The notes: generated from the letters alone by a model not told the origin. A stretch of DNA of 64,000 nucleotides from an uncultured Actinomycetes bacterium (GCA_963737405.1 CAVTSL010000005.1:226145-290144), one strand, 5' to 3'. Positions 10,607 through 20,955 are shown, counted from the stretch's first letter. Made by a program: numbers and translations.

Positions 10607-11881
10607 GTGCGCCTCCGCGACCTGCCGTCCGTGGACGAGCTGGCGCGCGGCGTCGAGGACCCGCTCGCCGTCGACGCGGCGCGCGCGCTCCTGGAGCGGG
10701 CCCGCGAGGAGATCCGCGCCGGCGCCGATCCGGGCGACCTCCGGGAGCGGCTCGGCGCCGAGCTGACGCGCGCCCGCACGCCGTCGCTCCGGCGCGTCCT
10801 GAACGCGACCGGGGTGATCGTCCACACGAACCTCGGGCGTGCTCCGCTCGCCGACGCCGCGCTCGACCACGTGCGTGAGACCGCGAGCGGCTACTCGAAC
10901 CTCGAATACGACCTCTCGACCGGCTCGCGCGGGTCGCGGCAGGATCACGTCGCCTCGATCCTCCGGCGGCTGACAGGTGCCGAGGCCGCCCTCGTCGTGA
11001 ACAACAACGCGGCTGCGGTCCTGCTGGCGCTCGCCGCACTCGCGGAGGGTCGCGAGGTCGTCGTCTCGCGCGGCGAGCTGATCGAGATCGGCGACGGCTT
11101 CCGCATCCCCGACGTGCTCGCGCGATCGGGCGCGCGCCTCGTCGAGGTCGGCACGACGAACCGCACGCGCGCCGCCGACTACGAGCGCGCGATCGGGCCC
11201 GAGACAGCGGTGCTCCTGCGCGTGCACCAGTCGAACTTCCGCGTCGTCGGCTTCACGGAGCAGCCGCGCGTCGAGGAGCTCGCAGCCGTCGCGCGGCGGC
11301 ACGAGCTTCCGCTCGTCGACGATCTCGGCTCGGGCGTGCTGACGGACCTCACGGACGAGCCGTCGGCCCGCGACGCGCTCGCGGCGGGGGCCGACCTCGT
11401 GTGCTTCAGCGGCGACAAGCTGCTCGGCGGTCCGCAGGCGGGGATCGTCGTCGGGCGCGCGGACCTCGTCGAACGCCTGCGCCGGCATCCGCTCCAGCGC
11501 GCGCTGCGCGCCGACAAGCTCACGCTCGCGGCGCTCGAAGGCACGCTGCTCGCGTACCTCGACGAGCCGCGGAAGATCCCGGTGCTGCGCATGCTCGGCG
11601 AGCCCGCCGAGGCGGTTCGTGCGCGTGCCGAGCGGTTGGCCGAGCTCGTGGGCGGAACCGTCGAGGAGACCGTTGCACGCGTCGGAGGCGGCGCGCTGCC
11701 GCTTGCCGAGCTGCCGAGCTTCGCGTGCGCGGTCGAGGAACAGCTCGCCGCGCCGCTCCGGACCGGTGAGCCGCCGGTCGTCGGCATCGTCCGCGACGGC
11801 CGCCTTCTGCTCGACTGCCGCACGCTCGCGGACGACGACCTCGCGCCGGTCGCGGCCGCGGTCGACGCGGCCCGTGGATGA
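10607..11881 (+). CDS. selA: L-seryl-tRNA(Sec) selenium transferase
   Basis: GTG at 10607. Contains VLNATGVIVHTNLGRAPL, VVNNNAAAVLL and the PLP-Lys region FSGDKLLGGPQAGIVVG. Confidence 0.9.
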   Translation: MRLRDLPSVDELARGVEDPLAVDAARALLERAREEIRAGADPGDLRERLGAELTRARTPSLRRVLNATGVIVHTNLGRAPLADAALDHVRETASGYSNLEYDLSTGSRGSRQDHVASILRRLTGAEAALVVNNNAAAVLLALAALAEGREVVVSRGELIEIGDGFRIPDVLARSGARLVEVGTTNRTRAADYERAIGPETAVLLRVHQSNFRVVGFTEQPRVEELAAVARRHELPLVDDLGSGVLTDLTDEPSARDALAAGADLVCFSGDKLLGGPQAGIVVGRADLVERLRRHPLQRALRADKLTLAALEGTLLAYLDEPRKIPVLRMLGEPAEAVRARAERLAELVGGTVEETVARVGGGALPLAELPSFACAVEEQLAAPLRTGEPPVVGIVRDGRLLLDCRTLADDDLAPVAAAVDAARG

Positions 11882-12828
11882 GCGAGCGGTCGCCGGAGAC
11901 GATCGGCTGGGACCTGCTGCGCGGGGCGCTCACTACACGCGCGTACTCGATCGCCGCGGACCTGCGCATCGCGCACGCGCTCGCCGACGGCCCTCGACCG
12001 GTCGACGAGGTCGCGCGCGTGGTCGGCGCCGACGCCGACACGCTCTACCGGCTGCTGCGCGCGCTCGCGAGCGACGGCGTGTTCGCGGAGCAGGAGCGCG
12101 GCGTCTTCGCGAACACGCCTGCATCGGAGCGGATGCTCGACGCGAGCGTGGCCGCGTTCGCCCACCTCTTCGGCGGCGTCTTCCACCGCACGGCGGGCGC
12201 GCTCGACGCCGGCGGGGAACCGTCCTTCGCCGGGTTGTACGGCACCGACTTCTGGACCTGGCTCGGGGCGAATCCCACCGAGCGCAGCGCCTTCGACAGG
12301 GCGATGGGCGGCCGCGGCACTCGAACAGCGGATCGCCTCGCGACCCTCGAATGGCGCGGCGACGAGACGGTCGTCGACGTTGGCGGCGGGAACGGTGCGC
12401 TGCTCGTCGAGCTCGTCCGCCGACAGCCGGGGCTACGCGGAGTCGTCCTCGACCTGCCTGAGACCGATCGGGACGAGGCTGCGCTCGGCGATCGGGTCGA
12501 GTTCGTCGCCGGGAGCTTCTTCGAGCGCGTTCCGGAAGGTGACGCGTACGTCCTCTCGGGGATCCTCCACGACTGGGACGACGAGAGCGCGGCGCGGATC
12601 CTGCGCACGATCCGAGAGGCCGCGCCGCCCGGCGCGCGTCTCCTGATCGTCGAATCGGTCGTCCCGGCGGGGAACGAGCCGCACGGCGCGAAGTGGCTCG
12701 ACCTGCTGATGCTCGCGCTCCTCGCAGGGCGCGAACGGGACGAGGAGCAGTGGCGGGCGCTGCTCGCGGGCGGCGGGTTCGAGCCGGTCAGCGTCGACGA
12801 CGGCCTGATCGAGGCTCGATGCCTCTGA
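11878..12828 (+). CDS. class I SAM-dependent O-methyltransferase (Methyltransf_2 type with N-terminal dimerisation/wHTH region)
   Basis: ATG overlaps the selA stop (ATGA). SAM motif [17 protein letters not shown] and HDW motifs typical of small-molecule O-methyltransferases. Confidence 0.85.
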   Translation: MSERSPETIGWDLLRGALTTRAYSIAADLRIAHALADGPRPVDEVARVVGADADTLYRLLRALASDGVFAEQERGVFANTPASERMLDASVAAFAHLFGGVFHRTAGALDAGGEPSFAGLYGTDFWTWLGANPTERSAFDRAMGGRGTRTADRLATLEWRGDETVVDVGGGNGALLVELVRRQPGLRGVVLDLPETDRDEAALGDRVEFVAGSFFERVPEGDAYVLSGILHDWDDESAARILRTIREAAPPGARLLIVESVVPAGNEPHGAKWLDLLMLALLAGRERDEEQWRALLAGGGFEPVSVDDGLIEARCL

Positions 12829-14483
12829 CCGTCGGAACGGCCGGCCACATCGACCACGGCAAGACGTGGCTCGTCCGGGCGCTTACCGGCAAGGACACGG
12901 ACCGCCTGCCGGAGGAGCGCGCGCGTGGCATCTCGATCGAGCTCGGGTATGCGCCGCTCGACCTCGGCGACGGCGTCCGGCTCTCCCTCGTCGACGTCCC
13001 GGGGCACGAGCGGTTCGTCCGGACCATGGTCGCCGGCGCGACGGGGATCGACCTCTTCCTGCTCGTCGTCGACGCGCGCGAGGGAGCGCGGCCGCAGACG
13101 CACGAGCACCTCGCGGTGCTGCGGCTGCTCGGGGTCGAGCGCGGCGTCGTCGCGGTCTCGAAGGCGGACGCGGTCGACGAGGAGTCGCTGGCGCTCGCCG
13201 TCGAGGAGGCGCGCCGGCTGGTTCCGGGCGTCGAGGTCGTTCCGGTGAGCGCGAAGACGGGCGCCGGCCTCGACGAGCTCCGCCGCGCGCTCGCCGAGGC
13301 GGCCGCGCTTGTGGGTCAGAGCCACAACGCCGGCCCGGCGCGGCTCTACGTCGACCGCGCGTTCACGCTCCGGGGGATCGGGACGGTCGCGACCGGGACG
13401 CTCTGGTCCGGCTCGATCGGCGTCGGCGATCGCCTTCGCGTCGAGCCGGCCGGCTTCGACGTCCGCGTGCGCAGCGTGCAGATGCACGACGAGGACGTCG
13501 AGCGCGCCGAGGCCGGTGGACGGGTCGCGGTGAACCTCCCCGGCGTCGAGCGCGACCGACTCGCACGAGGCGACGCGCTCGTGACGGCGGGCGCCTTCAC
13601 GATCTCGTACCGGCTCGACGTGCGGCTCGAGCCGATCGCCGAGATCCCGCGCGCGGTCACGCTCCACCACGGGACCGCGCAGATCCCGGCGCGCGTCGTC
13701 CGCGCCGACGAGGGCCGCGCGCAACTCCGGCTCGCCGCACCGGTCGTCGCGGCACGCGGCGATCGCTTCGTCCTCCGCACGGACACGACCGTCGGCGGCG
13801 GCACGGTGCTCGACCCTTCCCCGCCGCGACGCGTCGACGCGGAACGGCTGGCCGTTTCGGAGGCCGGCGACGCGCGCGCGCTCGTTCACGAGCCGGTGCG
13901 CGCCGACGCGCTCGAGCTGCGCGGCTTCTCGACGGAGTCGCTCTCCCGCGCCGACGGTTGGGTCTTCGCGCCGGAGTGGCTCGACGATCTCGAGGGCGAG
14001 CTGCGACGGAGACTCGCGGACGCCGACCCGCTCGACCCCGGCGTGCCCGCGCCCTCCGCGCCGTGGAGCGAGGAGATCGTCCCGCTCCTCGGGCTCGAGC
14101 GCCGCGGCGCGAAGCTCTACCTCCCCGGCGCGACCGCCACGGCCGACGACGACGAGGCGCGCGAGCTCGAGTCCGAGCTGGAGCTCGCGGGCTACGAGCC
14201 GGTGAAGGTCGCGAACCGCGCGCTCGCCGCGCATCTCGAGCGCGAGGGCCGGCTCGTCCGGCTCGGCGACGGCTACGCGATCGGCCGCGACGCATACGAC
14301 CACGCGCGCGACGCGCTCGTCCGCGAGTGCCAGGGGACGGGCTCGATCGAGCTCGCCCGGTTCCGCGACCTGCTCGGGACGTCACGTCGTCCGGCGCAGC
14401 TCCTCCTCGAGCGCTTCGACGCCGACGGGCTCACGCGCCGCGTCGGCGACGCGCGCGTGCTGCGACGCGCCGCTACACCCTGA
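12819..14483 (+). CDS. selB: selenocysteine-specific translation elongation factor
   Basis: ATG at 12819. GTPase motifs [14 protein letters not shown] and SKAD. EF-Tu-like domains II/III followed by C-terminal winged-helix repeats. Confidence 0.9.
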   Translation: MPLTVGTAGHIDHGKTWLVRALTGKDTDRLPEERARGISIELGYAPLDLGDGVRLSLVDVPGHERFVRTMVAGATGIDLFLLVVDAREGARPQTHEHLAVLRLLGVERGVVAVSKADAVDEESLALAVEEARRLVPGVEVVPVSAKTGAGLDELRRALAEAAALVGQSHNAGPARLYVDRAFTLRGIGTVATGTLWSGSIGVGDRLRVEPAGFDVRVRSVQMHDEDVERAEAGGRVAVNLPGVERDRLARGDALVTAGAFTISYRLDVRLEPIAEIPRAVTLHHGTAQIPARVVRADEGRAQLRLAAPVVAARGDRFVLRTDTTVGGGTVLDPSPPRRVDAERLAVSEAGDARALVHEPVRADALELRGFSTESLSRADGWVFAPEWLDDLEGELRRRLADADPLDPGVPAPSAPWSEEIVPLLGLERRGAKLYLPGATATADDDEARELESELELAGYEPVKVANRALAAHLEREGRLVRLGDGYAIGRDAYDHARDALVRECQGTGSIELARFRDLLGTSRRPAQLLLERFDADGLTRRVGDARVLRRAATP

Positions 14484-15384
14484 GCTCGAAGGCGAGCAGC
14501 TCCGGCCGGTTGTAGTGGCCGGCGGGATCGAAGCGCTGCCGCTCCTCGTACAGGCGATCCGGCTCGAGATCCGCGTACAGCACGCCCTCCTCGCCGTACA
14601 GCGGCCCCGCGAGGTAGCCGGCGTCCGGCCCGAGGATCGCGCTGCCGCCGCGTCCCAGCACGTCCACGCCCTCGAGCAGGTCGCGCAGCGGGAAGTCGTC
14701 CGGGTACGACGCCGCGCGCTGGAAGTGGCTCGGAGCGACGACGAACGCACGCGACTCGCGCGCGATGTGCTGGAGCGTCGCCTGCCACTCGTCGCTGTCG
14801 TCGGCGGTCGACGCGACGTAGATCTCGACACCCGACTCGTAGAGCGAGAAGCGCGCGAGCGGCATGTAGTTCTCCCAGCAGATGAGCCCGCCGATGCGGC
14901 CGAGCGGCGTCTCGAACGCGCGGAGCCCGCGGCCGTCGCCCTGGCCCCAGACGAGGCGCTCGTGGTTCGTCGGGACGAGCTTGCGGTGGTGCTCGGCGAG
15001 GCTGCCGTCGGGCGCGTGGTAGAGGAGCGAGTTGTAGATCGTGCCCGGCTTCTCGGGATCGACCTCGTTCACGCCGGTGACGAGCCAGACGCCGTGCTCG
15101 CGCGCGATCTCGCCGAGGCGGCGCTCGGCCGCGCCCGGCACCTCGAGCGACTCGCGGCGGAGGAGCGCGAACGCCTCCTTCGCGCGCGGATCCGCCCAAC
15201 CGGCGAGCGCCTTCGCCCAGCGCGACGACGGGTAGGCGGGCACGAACGTCTCGGGGAAGACGACGAGCTGCGCTCCCGCTTGCGCTGCCTCGGCCGTGTA
15301 CGCCGCGAGCTTCTCGATCGTCCGGTCGCGGTCGAGGATCACGGGCTCGACCTGCACGCACGCGACGCGGACCGCTTCGCGCAT
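14473..15384 (-). CDS. nitrilase / carbon-nitrogen hydrolase family protein
   Basis: 303 aa with catalytic-triad contexts FPETF (Glu), HRKLVPT (Lys) and GGLICWENYMP (Cys). Confidence 0.9.
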   Translation of the reverse strand: MREAVRVACVQVEPVILDRDRTIEKLAAYTAEAAQAGAQLVVFPETFVPAYPSSRWAKALAGWADPRAKEAFALLRRESLEVPGAAERRLGEIAREHGVWLVTGVNEVDPEKPGTIYNSLLYHAPDGSLAEHHRKLVPTNHERLVWGQGDGRGLRAFETPLGRIGGLICWENYMPLARFSLYESGVEIYVASTADDSDEWQATLQHIARESRAFVVAPSHFQRAASYPDDFPLRDLLEGVDVLGRGGSAILGPDAGYLAGPLYGEEGVLYADLEPDRLYEERQRFDPAGHYNRPELLAFELRV

Positions 15385-15386
15385 CG

Positions 15387-15830
15387 CTACTCGCGGACGA
15401 CCGGATCGCCGACGGCGATCTCACCGTCGGTCAGGATGTCCGCGTTCAGCCCGGCTCGGTGCACGTAGCCCTTGATCACGCCGGGACGAGTGAGGCTCTC
15501 GAGGGTCGAGCAGGGCTCGCAGAGCTCGACCCCGACGCACTCGACGTCGCCGACGCGGAAGCGCACGCCGACGAGCGCGTTCAGGTCGATGCCGCTCGTG
15601 AGGACGTTGCGCCGGCTCTCGGCGGCGCCGAGGTCGACGCCGCTCTCCGCGGCGCCCTCGGCGAGCGCCTCGGCCGCGATGAGCGTGAGCGCGCGGCCCG
15701 GCGGCGCCACGTCGTAGAAGTGGCGGTTGCCTTCGAGCCCGCGCCCGGCGACCGCGCGGACGCGCTCGACGGGCTCGGGCAGCTCGCGCTCGCCTCCGAT
15801 GAAGATGCCCTCGACCCGGCCGGACTCCAT
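15387..15830 (-). CDS. MOSC domain-containing protein
   Basis: ATG at 15830 gives 147 aa. MOSC-type beta-barrel sequence with a conserved Cys context (VELCEPCSTLE...GYVHRAGLNADIL). Confidence 0.75.
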   Translation of the reverse strand: MESGRVEGIFIGGERELPEPVERVRAVAGRGLEGNRHFYDVAPPGRALTLIAAEALAEGAAESGVDLGAAESRRNVLTSGIDLNALVGVRFRVGDVECVGVELCEPCSTLESLTRPGVIKGYVHRAGLNADILTDGEIAVGDPVVRE

Positions 15831-15841
15831 GCGCGTCAACA

Positions 15842-17317
15842 CTATCCGGCCGGGCCGTACCCTCCGCCGCCCGGCGTCTCGATCGAGACGACGTCGCCCG
15901 CCTCGAGGTCGACCGTGGCCTTCGCGGGAAGCGCCTCGCCGTTCCGAGTGTTGCGGCCGGGTGCGCCGTCGGCGCCGCCGCGGGCACCACGGGGCGCATG
16001 CCGTCGCCGCTCGGTCAGCAGCGAGAGGCGCATCGGCTCGAGCGCGCGCAGCTCGCGGACGACGCCGTCGCCTCCGCGGTGACTCCCCGAACCGCCGGAG
16101 CCGAGCCGGAGCGCATACCGCTCCACCCGGAGCGGGTACTGGAGCTCGAGCGCCTCGATCGGCGTCGAGAGCGTGTTCGACATGGCGACGTGGACGCCCG
16201 ACGGGCCGTCGGCGTCGGGGCACGCTCCCTGGCCGCCGCCGATCGTCTCGTAGTAGGTGAACCGCTCGTTGCCGAGCGTGACGTTGTTCACCGTCCCCTG
16301 TCCCTGCGCCGGCACGTCGAGCGCGTGACCGAGCGCGGCGAACAGGACGTCGACGATGCGGCTCGACGTCTCGACGTTGCCCGCCGCGACGGCCGCCGGC
16401 GGACGCGCGTTGACGAGACATCCCTCCGGCGCGGTGACAGACACCGGCGCGAAGGCACCGCCGGACGCGGGTAGATCGGGATCGGTGATGCAGCGGACGA
16501 CGAAGTACGACGCCGAGCGCGCCACGGCGAGCGGGCAGTTGAGGTTGCCGTGGTGCTGTGGGCTCGTGCCCGCGAAGTCGATCTCGATCGCGTCGCCGGC
16601 GATCGTGACCGCGGCTCGGATCGTGAGCTCGCCGTCGGTCGGCTCGAGCACGTCCTCGGCCTCGTAGCGGCCGTCGGGGAGCTCCGCGAGCGCGGCGCGC
16701 ACGACGCGCTCCGAGTACGCGTAGAGCTCGTCCATCGCGGCGGCGACCGTCGCGCGGCCGCGGCGTTCGCACAGCTCGTCGATCCGCCGCTCCGCGAGGT
16801 GGTGCGCAGCGAGCTGCGCGCGGAAGTCGCCGCGGCGCTCCTCGGGGTTTCGCATCCGGGCGACGAGCGCCTCGAGCGCGGCGTCGTCGAGACGCGTCGG
16901 GGGGATCACGACGCCTTCCTCGTCGAGGGTGCGCGACTCGGCGGGCATCGAGCCGGGCTCGACCGCGCCGACGTCGGCGTGGTGCGCGCGCGAGACCGCG
17001 AAGCCGAGCGCCGTCCGCGAGACCATCGTCACGTCGGGCAGGTGCGTGCCGCCCGCGTACGGGTCGTTGAGGATCCAGACGTCGCGTGGCGCCGGGTCGT
17101 GCGCGGCGACGGCGGCGACCGCATCGGGCATCGCGCCGAGGTGCACGGGGATGTGCTCGGCCTGCGCGATCATCCGTCCCCGCTCGTCGAAGAGCGCGGT
17201 GGAACAGTCGCGGCGCTCCTTGATGTTCGCCGAGAAGGCCGAGCGGATCAGCACGGCGCCCATCTCCTCCGCGACTGCGCGAAGCGACTCGCCGACGACC
17301 TGGAGATCGATTCTCAC
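15842..17317 (-). CDS. hyuB: hydantoinase B / oxoprolinase family protein
   Basis: 491 aa with GTG start. Motifs AFSANIKERRDCSTALFD, NDPYAGGTHLPD and GGGGYG near the C-terminus. Confidence 0.9.
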   Translation of the reverse strand: MRIDLQVVGESLRAVAEEMGAVLIRSAFSANIKERRDCSTALFDERGRMIAQAEHIPVHLGAMPDAVAAVAAHDPAPRDVWILNDPYAGGTHLPDVTMVSRTALGFAVSRAHHADVGAVEPGSMPAESRTLDEEGVVIPPTRLDDAALEALVARMRNPEERRGDFRAQLAAHHLAERRIDELCERRGRATVAAAMDELYAYSERVVRAALAELPDGRYEAEDVLEPTDGELTIRAAVTIAGDAIEIDFAGTSPQHHGNLNCPLAVARSASYFVVRCITDPDLPASGGAFAPVSVTAPEGCLVNARPPAAVAAGNVETSSRIVDVLFAALGHALDVPAQGQGTVNNVTLGNERFTYYETIGGGQGACPDADGPSGVHVAMSNTLSTPIEALELQYPLRVERYALRLGSGGSGSHRGGDGVVRELRALEPMRLSLLTERRRHAPRGARGGADGAPGRNTRNGEALPAKATVDLEAGDVVSIETPGGGGYGPAG

Positions 17318-17340
17318 GGTCCCGTCACGGTCCCGTCACG
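17315..17340. repeat. 11-bp tandem repeat (2.4 copies) in the hyuA-hyuB junction
   Basis: CACGGTCCCGT occurs twice, followed by CACG. It spans the hyuB GTG start (17317) and the hyuA stop (17336-17338). Confidence 0.6.
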
Positions 17341-19077
17341 CTCTCGTCACTCTCAGCGTGCTAGACCCATCCCCAACCCCCACCCACCCGGGGGGAATGA
17401 AGACGGTGGAGCCGGGCTGCTCGAGGACGCGTGGGCCCTCGACCCGCACGGGCGCCGCGCGTGGCAGGTCGAACGCCGGGCCGGGGCGAACGTCTGCGGT
17501 GCGGATCGCGACGAGCTCGATCGGGCGGTCGCGGTCGGCGTAGCCGTACCGTTCCTCGTGGGCGCGGTGGAAGGCCTCGGCGAGGCGTTCCTCGAGCGGG
17601 ACGGTCAGCTCGAACGACTGGCCGGCGTACCGGAGATCGGCTTCGCCCTCGCGCGGGAGCTCGCCCGCGTCCTCGAGCAGGACGAGGCGGCTCTCGACCC
17701 GGTCGCGCCGCTCGTCGCTCGCGACGAGACCGAGCGCGGAGAGCACGCCCGGCCGCCTCGGGGACGAGCACGGTGCGGATGCCGAGCTCTTCGGCGAGCG
17801 CGCACGCGTGCAGCGGCCCCGCGCCGCCGAAGGCGACGAGCGCGAAGTCGCGCGGGTCGAGGCCGCGCTCGACGGTGACGACGCGAAGCGCACGAAGCAT
17901 CTCCGCGTTGACGATCTCGACGACCGCCGCGGGGTCGAGCTCGCCCGAGCGCGCGCTCCGCTGCGGCGCGGTCGAGCTCGACGCCTCCCGCGAGCCGCTC
18001 GGGCAGCCGGCCGAGGAGCAGGTTCGCGTCCGTCACCGTCGGGCGAGTGCCGCCGCGGCCGTAGCACGCCGGGCCCGGCTCGGCGCCCGCGCTCTCGGGG
18101 CCGACGCGGATCGCACCTCCGGCGTCGAGGCGCGCGATCGAGCCTCCGCCGGCGCCGACGGTGTGGATGTCGACGGTCGGAAGCCTGATCGGGAGCCCCG
18201 CGACGGTGCGCTCGCTCGAGCGCTCGGCGACGCCGTCGACGATCAGGCAGACGTCCGTCGACGTGCCGCCCATGTCGAACGCGATCGCGTTCGGGAATCC
18301 GGCCTCCGACGCGACGCGCGCGGCGCCGACAGCGCCGGCGGCCGGCCCGGAGACGAGCACGAGCGCCGGGTGGGCCGCGGCCTCTTCCACCGTCGCGACG
18401 CCGCCGGACGAGCGCATCACGAGCGGTTCGGGCAGTCCACCGCCCGCGGCGGCGTCGGCGAGCGCACGCAGGTAGCCCGACGTCACGGGCCCCAGGTACG
18501 CGTCCGCAGCGGTCGTCGAGGCGCGCTCGTACTCGCGGAACTCCGGCGCGAGCTCGTGCGAGGCCACGACGTGCGCATTCGGCAGGCGCCGGCGAACCTC
18601 CGCTGCGACGGCTCGCTCGTGCTCGGGGAAGCGGTACGAGTGGAGGAGGCAGACCGCGACCGCCTCGGCCTCGAGGTCCGGTAGCGACTCGAGGTCGAGC
18701 GGCTCGAGCTCGCCGTCCGGCCCCATCCGGCCGCCCACGCCGACGCATCGCTCGAGCGGAACCAGGGGCTCCGGGTGCTCGGCGCAGAGGCGGTACAGGT
18801 GCGCGCGCGTCTGGCGCCGGAGGTGCAGGAGGTGCTCGAAACCCGCGGTCGTCACGAACGCGGTGCGTGCGCCCTTCCGTTCGAGGAGCGCGTTCGTCGC
18901 GACGGTCGTCCCGTGAGTGAAGCGCTCGACGGCGTCGGCGCCGACCGCGCGCGCGGCCGCGACGACGGACTGCTCCTGCCGGGCCGCCGTCGGCACCTTC
19001 GCCGTGCGCAGCTCGCCGTCGACGAGGAGCACGGCGTCCGTGAACGTGCCGCCGACGTCGACGCCGAGGATGCTCAA
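17336..19077 (-). pseudogene. hyuA: hydantoinase A / oxoprolinase family gene interrupted by two +1 frameshifts
   Basis: TTG at 19077 overlaps the GMC stop (TTGA). Homology runs MSILGVDVGGTFTD...AAERALG | ELDPAAVVEIVNAEMLRALRVVTVERGLDPRDFALVAFGGAGPLH...PEAAG | VLSALGLVASDE...RVTRA across three frames. The breaks are at + strand CCC 17944-17946 and 17748-17750. Confidence 0.85.
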
Positions 19078-20955
19078 AGGCGCGCCGCGAGAGCCGAGGC
19101 GTTCATGTGCGCGACGGCCGCGATCGTGACCATCGGGTTCACGCCCGACGCCGTCGGGAACGCCGACCCGTCGCAGACGACGAGGCGCGAGACCTCCCAC
19201 GCCTCGCCGTTCGGGTCGCACGCCGACGTCGACGGCGATCCGCCCATGCGCGCGGTGCCCATCACATGCGCCGACGCGTAGAGCACGCGGTTCGGCTCCC
19301 AGCCGCGCGCGTCTCCCTCGGCGAGGAAGCGACCGACGCCGCCGGACCCGCGCTCCCAGACGACGGGCTTCGCGTGCGTCGAGACGATGCGCTTCGCCCC
19401 GGCGGCCTCGAGGATGCGCGCGGCGCCGACGAAACCCGCGCGCAGGTGTCGCAGGTCGTACCGCGAGATCCGGTAGCGCGCGAAGGGCTGGCCGTCCCGG
19501 CCGACGACGACCTCGCCGCCGTCGCGGTCGCGGACGAGCGGGAAGATCGGCGCCATGTAGGGGAAGCGTCGCGCGAGGTCGAGGCTCTCGCGCGCACCGT
19601 CCCACTGGAGCCCGGCGCCGAGGAAGCCGGGATGGATCGGCGCGGTCTCGTACCGGACGCCGTAGCCGCCGTCGAGCCGCGCGTGCTCCTCCGAGTAGCG
19701 CGTCTGCAGCGCGCCGTCCCACGGACGGATCGGCTCGTCGAACTCGCCGACGACGAGCGTGACGGGATGGAAGTGCAGGTTGCGCCCGATCGACGCGTTC
19801 GCCAGGCCGGAGCGTCGGAGCAGCGCAGGTGTCTGGAACGCTCCGCACGCGACGACGACGGCGCGCGCACGCACCTGCACGTGTCCCGCGTCGACGCCGA
19901 CGGCGGCGCCGCGCTCGACGATCACGCGCTGCGCGTACGTTCCGGCGAGCACGCGTGCGCCGGCCGCGACGGCGTCGGCGAGCCACGTCTCCGCGGTGCC
20001 CTGCTTCGCGCGCAGCGGGCAGCCGAACCCGCAGTAGCCGCACACGCCGTTCTGGTCGCAGCCGCGGACGTTCCTTGGCTGCGCCGCGACGTGCCAGCCG
20101 AGCGCCTCCGCACCCTGCTCGAGCACGCGGTCCCGGCCGGAAGCGGCGCCGTGCTCGCCGTTCACGTCCATCCGCTGCTCGACCGCGTCGAGGCTGCGCG
20201 TGAGCTCGTCGCCCGCGAAGGCGGGCACGCCGTGCGCCGCCCACTCGGCGCGCACGTCGTCGGGTGGCCGCAGCGCCGTCGTCCAGTTGACCGTCGTCCC
20301 GCCGCCGAGGCACCAGCCCGCGAGGAAGTCGAGCGACTGATCCTCGGTCGCCGCGGCCGCCCCTTCGAGGTAGAGCCGGCGGAGCGACTCGATCTCCTCG
20401 CCGCTGAAGGTGGGCTCGTCGCCGGCCTCGAGGACGACGACGTCGAGCCCTGCCGCGGCCAGGACGCCCGCTGCTGTGCCGCCGCCTGCGCCCGACCCGA
20501 CGACGCAGACGTCGCACGTCAGGCTGAGCTCGCCGACGGGACGCTCCGGCACGAACGCCGGCGGGGCCGCTGCGTGGTCGAGCGGCCCCGGGTAGCCGAT
20601 CTCCGTCCGCGGCGCGCCCGGGCAGCCCGAAATAGTGGTGCAGGACGCCCTTGCGAAGCACCTTGTACGCGGAGCGCTTGCGCTCGAGGGAGCTGTCCCG
20701 CCAGGAGCGCAGCACGCGCTCGCGCTCGGCGTGCGGCAGCCGGGAGAAGCGTCGGAGCGGCTGCGCCGCGTGCTCCCACACCGAGAGGAGCTGCAGGACC
20801 TCGCGAACCTCCGCGCGACGCGGGTGACGCTCGAGCACGCCGACGAACGCGTCGGGAACGCCGAGCGCGCTCGCGGGCGGCAAGCCGTCGAGCCCGGGAG
20901 CGAACGTGTCCGCGATCGACTCGAGCGCGGCGCGCTGACGGCGTGACAGCTCCAT
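19074..20955 (-). pseudogene. GMC family oxidoreductase (long N-terminal domain type, alcohol oxidase-like) with one +1 frameshift
   Basis: The N-terminal domain MELSRRQRAALESIADTFAPG...HYFGLPG is in one frame. It continues as APRTEIGYPGPLDHAAAPPAFVPERPV...DVCVVGSGAGGG (FAD motif) in the next frame. The break is at + strand CCC 20617-20619. Confidence 0.8.

Noticed and set aside
12045-14303. 752-aa minus-strand ORF. Similar very long ORFs include 59932..62064, 47701..49551, 44578..45759, 39349..40233 and 26615..28756.
   Set aside because: These lie antisense to strongly recognisable genes (selB, pot permeases, purE-purB, purA, glgX). The translations are Arg/Ala/Pro/Gly/Asp-rich with no motifs. 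They are typical stop-poor shadow frames of very GC-rich DNA.
17605-20955. 1116-aa ORF that looks like one giant protein.
   Set aside because: It is a chimera: the GMC N-terminal domain, then out-of-frame GMC sequence, then the hyuA N-terminal two-thirds, then out-of-frame hyuA. It stays open only because stops are rare. I resolved it into two frameshifted genes.
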